The notes beneath the pieces were generated by a model that ran no database searches, was not told the DNA's origin, and saw only the letters and a list, made by a program, of their open reading frames with translations. Positions 39,010 to 52,802 of a DNA stretch of 64,000 nucleotides are shown here, piece by piece (the stretch's first letter is position 1; each line of letters begins with the position of its first letter). Source of the stretch: Squalus acanthias (lineage: Eukaryota); contig CM059434.1 in the NCBI GenBank assembly GCA_030390025.1, positions 43,648,001-43,712,000 on the forward strand, in the 5' to 3' direction. Position numbers and translations under genes: made by a program.

Positions 39010-39710
39010 GAAGACTGTATGCTACATTGTACCTCACTGGTCTAGAACAGTATGTCACACTGCATGGCATGTCATTGATCTAGAAATGTATGTTATATTG
39101 CATGGTGTCAGATTGGTCTAGAACAGTATGTTATACAAAATGGCATCAATTAATCTAGAAGTGTATGCTATGCTGTAGTGTCACATTGATCTAGAACAGC
39201 AGGTTACACTGCATGTTATCCCATTGATTTAGAAGTGTACATAATATTACAAGATGAACATATTGACCTAAAACTATATATTGCACTGCATTGTATCTCA
39301 TTCATTTTTTGAACTGTAAGTTACAATGAACACTTATCTGGAAGCATAGGATACATAATCTGGTATCTCACTGATAGAACTGTTATATTACACTGTAGAG
39401 TGAACACATTAACCTAATACTATAAGGTACACTACATGTATTTTACTGATTCTGAACATTACGTTACACTGCAAGGAGAACACATTCATCTAAAACATAT
39501 ATTTACATTGTATAGTATTGCACCGCTCTAGAACATTGAATTACATTGCATGGTGTACATACTGATTTAGAATACTAGGCTAGGTTACACAGCCTGGTAC
39601 CAGGTTGGTTTTAAATTGTACGATTTGTTTTGTGGTATTACATTGACCTGAAACTGTATGTTGTGTTTCACTATATTACATTGATCTAGAATAGTATGTT
39701 GCATTGAGTG
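39010..39710. repeat. Degenerate tandem array, roughly 18 units of about 38 bp (consensus near CATTGATCTAGAACWGTATGTTACACTGCATGGTATCA)
   Basis: TCTAGAA-like anchors at 39041, 39079, 39117, 39154, 39190, 39228 ... 39685. Confidence 0.85.
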
Positions 39711-42700
39711 ATAATTCAAGCAACATAATTTAAATTTCTACATCAGGAATATATATTTTTACAGCAAAAAGTAATGAACACAACAAATTTACCTGTTCAG
39801 TGATTAAGTGTGCATGGACATTAAAAACATACACAAACACATTCCCCTTCCTGTACACTTAACGTAACAGGGCAAATATTCACATCTGAGAAATTGTACC
39901 ATATAATAAGGTATATTTATGTATTAGTCTAGAATTTCTGATTGGTATTATTTTAACACAGGCTGTAACCCAAATTATAAGATCCAGGCTGTTGGGTAGC
40001 AACTTTGAGTAGGCTTTAGATGCACAGCACCCTTTAATAAAATGTTAATATCAGAGATGGAGAGACTCATTGGTTGTAATTAAGGGGCAAGGGTAGTTAT
40101 TTAACAAAAGTGATCAGAAGACAGGTTCCAGTCTATTTTGCGCAAGGTGCTGAATGAAACAGCAATAACAAGTCAACCACTTTATAAAATGCAGAGGAGG
40201 CCTCCGAGGTTTTGTAAGCTTCTGTGTACTGGAGAAAGGTCAGTCTGACAAAAAGTATCATTTTACACAATCTGTCTGATAACAAGACCTGCTGCACAGC
40301 ACATGCTAACGGTAACACTCTCACACAGCACAGTACAAAGGATAAAGAGACAGAAACCCTTTCCGTCAGCCTAACTGATGCTGCAATTTAACAGTATGAG
40401 AAGCTCATACATAAAGATGAGTTGGCTCTGAAGTGTAACTGTGCTATTACTTGAGTAAATCTATCTAAAAAATCTTGAACACCATGATTTAGTTGAGATG
40501 GCTGAAAAATTTGCATACTTTAAAAAAAAAGGTTCAAGCTTTGCTTTTCTTAAGCCTAAATCTAAGTTTACAATTATTAAACCGATTAAAATAACCGGGA
40601 TAGGCTACAAAGCAAACAAAAAAAAGACAATAAAAGAAATTAACTATTGACATAAAGTGGATGCCATATGCATTTTCATGTAGAGTTTCAACTTAAAGCA
40701 ATAGAGTTAAGTGAAGCTAACTCCATGATGATGAGAAAACAATTAGAAAGAATATACCCCTTGTGCATACTGAGAGGGGCTAGGGTTTTCTCCCGCATTG
40801 TAACTGAACAATATTTGGTCAATAAACTCTAAGTACCAATGCATGATATTTGAATCATCTTGTGATACCAGATGAACACATCATACTTTGTCTCGACCTG
40901 ATATATTAATTGCTGTGAAAGCCATCTCTTTCTCTGTATTATTTTACTCTATACAAGATAAAGGTTTCCTTTGTGTGCTAAGTGTAGCAAAATTATAAAC
41001 CTGATTTTGCAGTACCTTGTACACAGAGGAAATCTTTCCCCATAAGGTCTTACTCTTGGATCACAATCAAAAACAAGAAAGCCCCTATGATGGAATGAGG
41101 GCAAGTAGATGCTTTTTATTTCAAAAATACATTTTTAAACAATACTGCTCCTTTTAGAATTTACTGAAACACATGCACTTTGTGTTCTGCTTCAGTTTTG
41201 CTTGTGATTTAAATCTATTATTTTTTAATATTTAAAGTCATTGAAGTTTCATTGCATTCATTTAATTACTGATAATTCTGCTACCAGATCAATTCTGAGC
41301 ACATAAGCGATTCACTGGCTGGTTGGTCTTTGAAATTGTGAAATTGACCTGAAATTGGCAAGCAGACCATACAGAAAGGGGCACCATCATTTAAAAGATG
41401 CAATAAAGAAAAATGAACCTTCTGCTCTGGAGTTTCAAGAAAGGCAAATGTTAATACATCATTTAAACACCGTAAATAGATACATCTTCTCATGCATCAT
41501 CAGTCATTACTAGTCAGGGTCTAACGGAGATTTCTTTTGCAGCAACTGAACCACTGTGTTAGGAAGTTGCTGGTTGCATGCTTTAAGTATCTTTAGATTA
41601 TGATAAACAAGATAGTGCTTATATATTGGATGAAGAGATTGAGATGATGAAGGGCTTGTTAAAGCCCAGGCAATGCTAAATGTTCCAAGGACTGCATCAG
41701 CAGCATCAATCATATTCGAGAATTATCGCTGTTAATGAAAGAGCAGCAATAGTGATGATTGATGGACTGTTAGATTATTACTAACAGTGACCAAAGTCAC
41801 AGAGCCGAACATTTTAATGCCACAATGGTGCACTTTCTTCGATATGAACAGAATGCAAAGGAAATAACTGGATGGGTTCCACATGCCGCATAGAAGTTTA
41901 CAAGATATTTCCAAATTATCTGACTGGAAAAATGCTGTGAATATTTCCAGCCAGCAAACTTTGGTATCTAGGTGGTGCACTCGTCATCTCCACACTGCTG
42001 CTATGACTCAAACCTGCTGATACCTCTCCTGCTCTAGCCTAGTAATCCACACACAGTGAGTGCCAAATACCGGCAAATTCCTTCATAATTAGCAGTCTTT
42101 TAAAGATGAAAACAAGCATGTGTTAAATGGAAGCCATAGCTTCACATGAACATTCATAGAAAAGAGATATCATTGGTTTCCTAAATACAGATCATTTCTA
42201 CTATGCCTGCAGTGTGGTTACCACAATGCAGAATTGGCTATTAAAAATTTCTCATAATTTCAGTGTTTTGGCAATATTAAAATGGGAGTCTGCAGGCCCA
42301 GTGGATAATCATACTGCCCATATTGCACTAAGCTATACAGATCAGAACATCAAGGCCTGATCCCTCATCTATATTGCGTTAGTTGATCTCAGCCAGAGTA
42401 GCAGTTGAGGGGGTGGTACAATTTCCTACATTGGTTTTTGGCCTAGGGAGGGGAAAAAACAGTGAGCGTTCTCGCTCCCCAAAACTATCCAGTGAACCCT
42501 CTTGGAAACTATGTGCATGTATGTGGGTGGATGTGTGGACGAGACCTGGTCCAGCAGTGACACCGTCTGTGGAAAGTGGCCTGCTGACTTGCTCTGCAAA
42601 GGATGCAAAGAATGAAGGATGGCTGCTTGTGTAAAGTTTCAAAGATCTGCTGGAACCCGTGCAACCGTACACATGCAAGGGGTCAATGCTTTCAGGAGAA

Positions 42701-43776
42701 GGGAGGGGGGGGGGGGGGGGAAACTGAGGGAAAAAAATATTTGCAGAGCTAGTTTAGAAGAATTTCTTAGCCATATAGTGTGATTTAAGATGCAAGAGTG
42801 AAATGCAGTTCATCTCTATTGATGTTGATTCTGCTGTTGCACATGTAGGGGGCTCAGTAACTCTTCCAAGATAGCTCTCCAATGATGTCATCACAACTGT
42901 TAAAATAAAAATACTCAAACAGAAATGAGAGAGAATAATAAATGGAATCCAAAGTTCATTATCATTCATTGTCACTGATTTTTAAACAAGATACTGATGG
43001 TGAGACTCTTTCCCCTTTAATAGAAGGCATTTCAGAGGAAGGAGTGAAATTCTCCAGGAGCTAACTGTCACACGTTTTCCGATGATGCAAACAGAATAAT
43101 ATATGGCATTATAAATTTCAAATGATCACAAAAGCAGAACTAGAGCAAAGTCCAAGATTACATAACATTCCATGATTCACAACACACCTCCCATAAATAG
43201 GAATGTATTGATCCACTTAAATTTAAACCTTGGTGTAGAAATGTCAGAGCAATCCTGAATGGGTTAAAGAGAGAGCGGATGAATGAGATTGATTACATGC
43301 AAAGAATCTAATCAGAGGCTTCAGAAGTTATCATAAAATGCAAAACCAAAGCTTGACATTAGATTGCACTCCTGAAAATGACTTTTTGGCATCTGTTATT
43401 TAATTCATTTTACTTTTGTGCAGTTGTTTTATTTTGGATTCTTTACCCCCCTTCCAATTTTCTCTTCTCCTGAAAACAGTGTGTTGTGCTGGGCACTTCA
43501 TCTCTTCCCCGCCCATCCCCCCACTCTTTAATCAAGTTGTCAGTCGTTCTTATGTGGGCCCAGCAAGTTATTCAACATCAGGGGGCCAGCACAGCCAATC
43601 CATACCCTATTCTCACCCGAGCCTACATTGGATGACAATCAGGAATGGGAATCCTGCCTGACTCCCTGCCCCCACTCACCCGCCCTGTGTAGCCCAGGGA
43701 ATTGAGGCTAATTGTAGTGGGCCCACAGCTGCCCCAGCAAAGAGTTTCAACTAGTTCTGAGTCCGGCGGTGGGGGG

Positions 43777-43919
43777 GGGGTAATTTTGACCTTGAGCGAT
43801 TGTAAAACGGGCAATATTGAAGCGGTAGCCCGTTATACATCTTTACCGATTTTCATTACATCAGGAGAGATGTGAAACGGGCTGCCTTTTTGATAGCGCC
43901 CAAAGTAAAAATTGCCCCC
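43777..43919. mobile_element. Palindromic MITE-like element; relatives at about 33355-33475, 53352-53512 and 59202-59335
   Basis: TIR GGGGTAATTTT...AAAATTGCCCC with internal AGCCCGTT/AACGGGCT arms; the relatives share TGTAAAAC, CGTTATA and CCATTGA/TCAATGG motifs. Confidence 0.7.
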
Positions 43920-44724
43920 TCTGGTTTTTATGCTGGTGTCAGCACAGTTGTCAGCCATCAGCATGCTCCATGTCATTGCTGTGCAATGATTTTCAGACTA
44001 AGAGATTAACACTTACAGTATTATCACTGAAGGTTTATCAAGGAATAATCTGCAGTTGATTACTGTGAAATTTCAGGTCCAGCACATATTGCAATATATT
44101 ATAATCACATATCCAGTTCATGTGGGACACTCATCGGAATTCCCATTTCAAGGCAGATTTGTGAAGCATTAACACATAGTGCTATGCGCTGGCAGATGTG
44201 AATTTGAATTTCTACCTCAGTTAGCATTTGTATTTGGGCCTCTGCTCCCCTCATACAGTAAATTAATGATTTCAGCTATGTTGATGGGCACAGCACTGAC
44301 CAAAAGTGGATGGAAGTAAAAGTATACCAATGGAAGTGAGCCAAACATCATCTCAGCATTACCTAAATGTCCAACAATGAGCAGCAATGGCAGTGTCTAT
44401 GGAGATAACTGGCAGTCATCTTGATCACAAAGTATGTAAGAAAAAATAAAGGAATTTAAAATTTAAAAATTCTCATGCATAACGTTAGAGAAATTTAGAA
44501 AATCTACTGAAAGTTGGCTTTATGCTGCAAATGTCACACTTCTAATCATGAAACTCAGTTAACTTTCTGCAATGATTCTTCTAGAATGAATCTGCAATGA
44601 CACTCACTGGCAACCAACATTGCTGTAAAGTTAATTGATAATAGTGCCTTATAAACTTACTTAAAGATCCCACTGTACTCTTATCACAGAAACCCTATTG
44701 CTATTCCCAGTGACGGTGCAGATT

Positions 44725-45135
44725 CTATTACATAGAATTACATAGAATATACGGCACAGAAACAGGCCATTCGGCCGAACCAGTCCATGCCAGTGTTTAT
44801 GCTCCACTCGCGCCTCCTCCAGTCTTTCCTCATCTAACTATCAGCATTACCCTCTATTCCCTTCTCCCTCATATGCTTATCTAGTCTCCCCTTAAATGCA
44901 TCGATACTATTCGCCTCAATCACTCCCTGTGGTAGCGAGTTCCACATTCTCACCACTCTGGATAAAGAAGTTTCTTCTGAATTCCCTATTTGATTTTTTG
45001 GTGACTATCTTACATTGATGGCCTTTAGTTTTGCTCTTCCCCACAAGTGGAAACACTCTCTCTGTGTCTACTCTATCAAAACCTTTCATAATTTTAAAGT
45101 CCTCTATTAGGTCACCCCTCAGCCTTCTCTTTTCA
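44725..45135 (-). mobile_element. CR1-clade LINE 3' fragment
   Basis: (TTACATAGAA)2 tail, ACAGGCCATTCGGCC hairpin and TTCCACATTCTCACCACTCT (RVVRMWN) motif. Confidence 0.88.
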
Positions 45136-47189
45136 ACTCATGTGTACACTTCCAGCACCAATATCCACATTACTTGTAAATACTGCACATAATAGACTGC
45201 TCAATCTCACCCAGAGAAAAAAGGATTAGCTCTGGAACAGATTTTATTTTAAGGCATTTTGGGTGCGGCAGACTTTTAATTATTAACCTTAAACCATTGC
45301 CACTTGATTTATGGGGCAACTACAGCTTTAAAACATCAATACCATTTTTCAAACTACAAAGTACAACCAGACAACCGTTTATATTTATTCTTCCACCTAA
45401 TTACGATGTAAGCACAACTCAGAAAAATTGAAGTTGACGAATACCATTCATTGCCTTTTTTAAAAATGCTACAGTCTGTACTGGTTAGAGTACATCTGTT
45501 ACCATTTTGAGTTTTATAGAAACATTTTCCCTCTCAATGGATTAACAGCAGTTCCTGTAAGTGGACCATGCCCCTATAATCTGGAAACTGCATTTTTTTA
45601 TCAATAATCTGCTCTTTGCAAACATTTGTAACCTGAGGATTAATAGTTAATCTATTTCCAATAACCTCTTTACTGGATTAAATATAAGGGCTGATACCCG
45701 AATGTCGGCTTTCTTTCAGCCAGATAGTGAACAGCCTTTGTACACGCATGCACTGTGCATAGCTGGTCCACTGGATCTTCTGGAATTGCCCTTAATTACA
45801 TATTCATGCCATACCTCTGGCCTGGACTAGACCTCTTGCTGGGAGCTTGCATAGTTGGGGTGGGTGGGGGGAAGAATTGCTGGCACGGTTGCAGTTCTTA
45901 AGGGTCTGCAGTAGCCATTTAAAGGGGTCGGGTTTTTGGCCATAACAAATTCTACTGATCCTGGAAATCTTCACTGTTCAACCTATAAAATAGCAGCAGC
46001 TAGGAATATCCATTTCATGAGTACGGCTGTGGAACTTGGAAATGGGCAAACAAAAGGCTGTCTTGTTCAGCACTCCAGAGCACCCCTCCCCATTGGAGAA
46101 CAATTTAGCCTGTATGAGATGATGTAGCATAAAGGGTGAATGCTGTGTCCAACACCCTAGAGGACCTGGGAACAGATGAGAGAGAATTTTGCCAGCTTGA
46201 GAAAATCTATCAAAGTATCGCTATACCAAGCAGTTAGGCAAAATATGCATGCCATAAAGTATTTTCCCTCAACCTGTTGCATCTTGGCCGCAGCCACAAG
46301 TAAAGTGCTCAGATAACCTTACTACTCTTTCATAGCTTGACATGTATTCCCATACTGTAGTACGGTATACTTTCTAGCTGCAACTTAAACTGGAACTATT
46401 GTCACACTTACATCTGTAAAGGTATGCTCAGCAAGCAATCTTCCAGCAAAATCTAGGTACATATTGCATGTTTGTCTACTCACAGACATGTTGAGATGCA
46501 GGATGGGCATTTGGGTGTCACTTGTGTGGTTGTCAATCTTCTAACATCTCAACATTGCTTCTCTTCTTGCAGGCAAAGGTAGAACATAACAGGAAGATGC
46601 GAACTGCACAAGAGAAGGGCTCGATAATTTCAAATGCTTCAACCTCTTCAAAGAGGCAATGCTGGAAGTTAAAGTGACTGAGAGCATAGAGAGAGTGGGG
46701 CAGGGTGATGTTGGAGGCCTACCTCTAGTTCAGGTTAGTACCATTCTTTTCCTGTTTTTCTTTCTCCCATTTTCACTCAATCCTCATTGGCATACACTCA
46801 ACACAACACCATGACACACAGTGTATTTCGAAGCAAGTATGTTTGAAGTGGTTTTTAACACATGTTGCACTTGTATCTCTATAGGTTCCCATTTCCACAA
46901 TAACCAGCTGAAGCTTTCCATGAAACCGAAGAAGCTAGAATCTCAAATCACCCTGTATCACTCGCTCCACCTGCCACAAGCATCTGCAGAGGTACAATCA
47001 CTCTAGCCGATCTGGAAAGGCAGCTTGAGGCAGACCCATGAGTTGAATTGCAGAGCAGGAGTGAGGAGGAGGATGTGGTGATGGTGATAGTGGAGGAGCA
47101 GGAACCTGCTGGCTACAGGCCCAGTTTATATTCTTCCACAGCTGCAGATCCCAGGGGTACACTACTTCCAACCCTACTTCTGTCTGAGA

Positions 47190-47525
47190 AATGGCCATTT
47201 ACCCTCTTTGTTTCCATCAACTAACTTTCTATCCGTGGTGCTACATTTCCTCTTATACCATATGCCTGAATTTTTTGTAATAAGTCTCTTGTGAGACATT
47301 TTATCGAACATCTTCTAAAAATCCAAATATATTACATCTACTCCCTTTATCTATACATTGATCACTTCTTCAAAAAACACTTATTAAATTTGACAAACAC
47401 AACTTGCTTTTAGCAAATCCACGCTGGCTGTCTGTGATTAACCCATACATTCTAAATATTCAATCATTTAACCTTGAATTATGTTTTCTAAGAGTTTGCT
47501 CATAACAGACATTAGACTATTTAAG
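47190..47525 (-). mobile_element. Old CR1 RT internal fragment
   Basis: Homologous to 20140-20480 (SQRGFAKSKLCLSNL, DVIYLDF). Confidence 0.75.
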
Positions 47526-48399
47526 CCCTTGAATTTTAAACAGAATAAAATTCTTCCCTGTATTTTTTTTTGGTTTTTTGATCTTAGGATAGTAATTTAT
47601 TTGATCACTCTTTTTTAATGAAGTAGTTAACCCAATAAAAAATAAACGAGTTAGTGTGTTTTTTACAATAGCGAACAGAAGAATTTCACCCAAACACGTT
47701 AACCAAGTTGTTAAAAATAGCGCGCACAGGAATTTCTATCCCCCAATATCCCCAAAACACTAAACAGAATAAAAACCTCATTCATTTTGTGCATATAATC
47801 AGATGAATATGTTTGTGCTGATTGAATGCTATTTATAATTTTCTGCAGCATCCCAGTAGTTATGAATAGTGTGCGGCTCTAACCACTACTTTAATTTCTA
47901 ATCATAAACAAATGTATTGAACATTACTGTTTCCCTGATTCTTCCTACTGAGGATTGGTGCATGGGGCCACATGGCTAAATTGAATCCTGCAGTGCAATC
48001 TTCAGCAATAATCATCACTGCTGAACATCAGGCATCACCAAGAAAGAAGCAATTAAATCGCGACAAGGATACGCAATCGATCTTTTTTAGGTACTGAGAG
48101 AGACCAGTCTGTTAAAAAATCACTAAAAGTGGGACTTAAAGACTTGTTCGGTCATTGCAGTCTGCAACTATGCAAGCTCCTAGCAAGAAGCCAAAGATTT
48201 GGTATGGATATGTAATTAAGGCCAATTTCAGAAAATCCAGTGGACCAGCCATGCACAGTCTGCATCCTTTACACCCAAGTGAACACTGCCTGCTGGAAAG
48301 CAGGGCTTCTGCGTATTAGAAACCACCCCTGTCAAATATAGACTCTACCAGTCACAGGTTGTACAGCTCATGGGAATTAGTTTGTGCAAAGTACTGGTC

Positions 48400-48930
48400 C
48401 ACGCTACCTTAAGTATTGTGTTCAGTTTTGGGCAACTTACCACTGGAGAGATAGGGTTGTCTTAGAGGAAGTTCAAAGAAGGGCAACTAAGTTGAGAAAT
48501 GGAATAAAGCATTTGTGCTGCAAAGAAAGACTAAAGTACCAGGGACATTTACATCGGAAAAAAGGCATCCTTTAAGTGATCTTATTGAGGTATTTAACAT
48601 CTTCAAGGGAATAGATAAACTCAATCCCACAGAGATGTTCAATATTAATACAAACTTTAGGACAAGGGGAAATGGATTCAAGTTTAGATGATAAAAAGTG
48701 AATAAATACAGAGTTAAGATATCATTTCCTCATGCAAGGGTGGAGAGTATGTGGAATAGACTACCATGGAGACAGTGGAAGCAGAGGATGTTATAAATTT
48801 CAACAGGGAAATCGATAAATCTTTGACAGACACGGCTACTGAAGATTATGAGAGATAAGGCGGTGAAGGAAGTTTGTAACCTTGAATACACATGGTCTTT
48901 TCTAATCCCATACAGTCCTATGTGCCAAAG
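48400..48930 (+). mobile_element. Old CR1 3' fragment
   Basis: Translation KYCVQFWA...LEEVQRRATKL; later aggacaagggga and agggtggagagtatgtggaatagactacc. Confidence 0.8.
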
Positions 48931-50269
48931 AACATTGCGATATATCAGAGGAGGAGAGTAAGTTGTCCATCGAATGATGACTTCCTCCCCAGGAGTTAGC
49001 ATTAATAGCAACTGGGAGTGTAGTGCCTGAGGTTACATTATCTAACAGATAGGGTGAGCACTGATAGACCTGATGGGGTTTTCTCGCCCCTCCTTTCATA
49101 TGTAGTGGGTGTAATGTAATTACAAGAGGGAATCGCAAAGATAGAAACTGAAAAAAATCAAGGACGCCTGGTCCAATTGTTGATACATACGAGCACGTGG
49201 GTTTTTGATGGATGTCAACTTTAGCTTCTTCAGGACTGGGCTAAGAAGGGGTTAAGGGTATTCTGGTCTTACTCATCTCTCTTCAAAATCCCAGTGCATG
49301 TTAACATTATGCAATATAAGACATGTCTAAACAGTTTTCTTTCATGGTTCATTATTAGGTATGCAATGGAAGTTCTTCCTTCAGCCCACATGCAAGATCC
49401 CGGAATAAGCTGTGAAGTGGATTTATGAGAGAACGGGGAAACAGATTTCAGCACAACGTCATCACAACACAATGTCATGAAAGTTGATGGTTTTCAACAA
49501 TTATCATGTGCTTATTCCTGTTGACAGGAACTGTGGAAAACAGCATGTTCCTGGTATATGAAATATTTACACACAATTCACTTTATTTTAAATAAATATA
49601 TATTTGATTGAGTTTCTGTCTAACTCTGATCATTAAGGTGAATGCAATGAGGGGAAATAGATCAAGTGAGGCTATGACCAGTTTCAGCTACTCTGCCATT
49701 GACCTTTGACTCCAGCAGGATATGTTGCTGGTAAGTGGAATTGCTTTGACTTTGTCACTGATCCAGCACTTGTGTCCAAAGGCAGGTAATGGAACAATAA
49801 GGCATTACAAAATGATGTGCACAGGAGTTAAAAGTCAATGGTGAAAGTGACAATTAGTACTGCGCAGAGAAAAAAAACATTTAATTTGACTGAGTTTTCA
49901 ATCAATCATTTAGATTGCGTGTCTCTTAATAAGACCTTGCATTGAATTAATTGCTGGAGCTCTAGTAGGGATAGGTAGATTTCTTTATGTTTGCATTGTG
50001 TAACCAGGAGTTTGCACCCTCCCTCCTCATGTCACCACTCTCAGTAAAATCAATAATTAATATCTCTACCAAGAATCCCCCATTGATTATTTTAACCTGT
50101 TCTTGAACCCATTTAAGTTGTTCTGAGAGCACTGTAATGTACAAAAGCAAATTTCAGCAGAGCTATTAGAAAATGGACTTATCTATTTGGTAAATGAATT
50201 TGAATTTTACATATGCACCCAACACAATTGCAGTATTTATGCTCAGATTGCACCCTGTGAGTTACAAAG

Positions 50270-50670
50270 CAGCAAGTTACACACACTGGATGCCGGACAG
50301 TACAAATGTAGTGGAGGGGTTGAGAGGTGGTGGCTGAGAGGTAGAGATGAATGTGATCAGTGCTCTTGTGAAAGCTGACCCCCATGTTTGCGGATGATGT
50401 TGCCAAGAGGCAGCATGTAGATGAGGAAGAGGAGGGGGGCAAGGATGGAACCTTGGGGGACTCCTGAAGTGACTTGCAAAGGTCAAAGACTGCGGAGAGG
50501 TTGAAAAAGATGAAGAGGGACAATGCACCACAATCACACTCAAAGAATTCCATTCATCATTTTGATTAGGTCCGTTTCAGTGTTGTGGAAGGGACAGCAA
50601 CCTGATCAGAGATTCAAACAGGGATTTGCAGGAGAGATGGGCATGAGTTTGGCAAGTGAAATTATGGATG
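50270..50670 (-). mobile_element. Degenerate L2-clade RT fragment
   Basis: Minus-strand translations [13 protein letters not shown] and gagtcccccaaggttccatccttgcccccctcctcttcctcatcta ([16 protein letters not shown]-like). Confidence 0.7.
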
Positions 50671-51084
50671 GAGAAGAACATTCAGCCCATCTTTATTCAT
50701 CCTAAAGGCATTTTTTACAGTTGTCGGAAACTTTTAGTGCTTTCTAGGGGTTCTAATAGGATTGATTCCAGCTCTCAGCTGATGTGAGTTCATTTGGGTC
50801 TCAGAAGAATGTAAAGGGCAGAATTCATGGGGTAGCTCAGGAACAACCCAGACATGCCTCCTTGCTGTGTGGGTTGGGGGGTAGGGGGTTGGCAGCAGTG
50901 GATAACTAGCCCACTACCCCTCCCTAGCTTGTATAGTTTAAAAAAAGGGGATAATAAAATAATTGGGAGGGATTAAAATAAAAGGACAGTATGCAAGATC
51001 ACTTTTTAACTACTCGTTTGAGGAAATCAATGATTTTTTAATGGCGATCTGCCAACTGGCTCATTTGTTTTCATGAATCTCTCT

Positions 51085-51412
51085 ACAACATGGTGATCAG
51101 AAGAGGTTATATAATATGATATGGAAAAGATAAATCCAGAAAATGTCTTTAATTTAAATTGTGAATACACGACAAGGGGTCACAGGCTCAAACTAGTCAA
51201 CGGCAAATTTAGGACTGATATTAGGAAGTTCTTCACACAAAAAATGATCAATACGTGGAATGGACTCCTGGATAGAGTAGTTGAGGTGAAATTCCTGGAA
51301 TCATTTAAGAATCGATTGGATACCTCAGTGGGGGAATTTTAGTGTCTTTCTGGATGGATGGATAAATATGGGCTGAATGGCCTTCTCCATCCATAATTAT
51401 CTTGTGACCTTG
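51085..51412 (+). mobile_element. CR1 3' fragment
   Basis: Translation TTRGHRLKLVNGKFRTDIRKFFTQKMINTWNGL; tail gggctgaatggcct. Confidence 0.85.
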
Positions 51413-51486
51413 TTAAAATAAGCCAGAAGAAGGGCTTTTCAGCTGATTAAAGCAAAAGGTGCTACAGGGGATAATAATCTGCTCAA

Positions 51487-52006
51487 GGGCCTAGAAATTC
51501 CTTTAGGCTGTTTTTAAATGTGGTAAATGGCCACAGGGAAAGATCCGCACGCTCGAAGACGGAGGTCCAAGGATTACAATAAATTAGTCCATGGACCTCA
51601 CCTAAATATTCAGAGCGAGCTGCCGACTCCTGTCGTGCCTCAGAAAAGTCCCTGGGTGAAGGTGGGTGGGGTGGGGGGGAGGGGGGAAAGAGGATGATAG
51701 CGACTGGCAGCAGCCTGGGGAAGTACTGTGGAGCCGGGAGTAGCAGTCCTGCTCCTGGCCCCACCAAAATATTTTTAAAAATTTGCGGACTTTTTCGGTG
51801 GAGGCCACTGGCTAGGCTGCATTCCGATGGGGTCCTGAAAACCTGAGCTGTGCAGGCCTGAGGCCCTTCATTAGCATATTTAAGGGGCCAAAAATAATAG
51901 CCTAGGTCGGACGGTTTTCAGGCGTCCTTGGTGTGACCCCAAATTGGTCTTTTTACACTCGTTTTATGCCTGTAAAACAGGCGCATCTAGGACCAATTTC
52001 TATCCT
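51487..52006. mobile_element. GC-rich non-autonomous DNA-transposon-like element
   Basis: Termini GGGCCTAGAAATT...AATTTCTATCCT; CpG-enriched interior. Confidence 0.45.
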
Positions 52007-52699
52007 AAGGTCTCCTACTCCAGTATTAAAACGCACAGCAACATTTTTGAAACATACTGCATAATACTTTAGGAATGCATTCCCAAACCTTGTGTTAAAC
52101 TGCACTGTCTCAGTTCGTCAGAATGCTCATTTTATACGGGCCATTTCTGAATGGGAATATATTTACATTTCAGGAAATTCCATTAAAATATTAAATGCTT
52201 CACAGATCATAAATCAAATGTCAAAATAAATAGTCTTTTCCTGCGAGCTTTCTACCTGCGGGAATGAAACTGAAGACAAAGTGAGCTTACATGAGTCACA
52301 TTCTACTGGGATTCAAGGGCAACCGAAAGGATGAGCATTATTGGGTTTCATCCTCTGAATTACTCTGGTAATGGAAACTGAAGTAGTGGAAAGTCAGTTC
52401 TGAGCATTACAGAACATGTGCTCATTAACCAGGCTTTCATACCTGTGTACAATGCTAAATTCTGAGTTGTCTTTTGACCATTCTTTCCCTACATGAATGA
52501 GGACACCTTCATTTAAGTGAACATACCTGGGAGAGACAGGCTTCCTCTGTGGTAAAGCCAGGGCTATTTATAAACATACCAGGTTCACCTCAGCCATCAG
52601 TTTCTGAAACATTTTGTAGCGTTAATCAAATTATTACATACAAGCATGTGCACTGTAGCGGTAAAGGCAATGGATGGGTCAACTGAAGGATTCCCAAGA

Positions 52700-52802
52700 A
52701 ATCCATAACTCTCCTGTAAGCATGTAATTGGGTGTAATGAATGCTCTTCAATCCAACACTTCTCTTGTAAGCATGTAATTGGGTGTAATAAATGCTCTTC
52801 AA
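52700..52802. repeat. Tandem duplication of about 51 bp
   Basis: TGTAAGCATGTAATTGGGTGTAATRAATGCTCTTCAA at 52715 and 52766. Confidence 0.92.

Noticed and set aside
39010-39710. CRISPR-like array (regular TCTAGAA anchors)
   Set aside because: Intervening sequences are homologous to each other rather than unique spacers, there are no cas genes, and the context is a vertebrate intron.
42704-42720. Poly-G run as a functional G-quadruplex
   Set aside because: It is the expanded G-rich end of a SINE-like copy; homopolymer length is error-prone and nothing else supports function.
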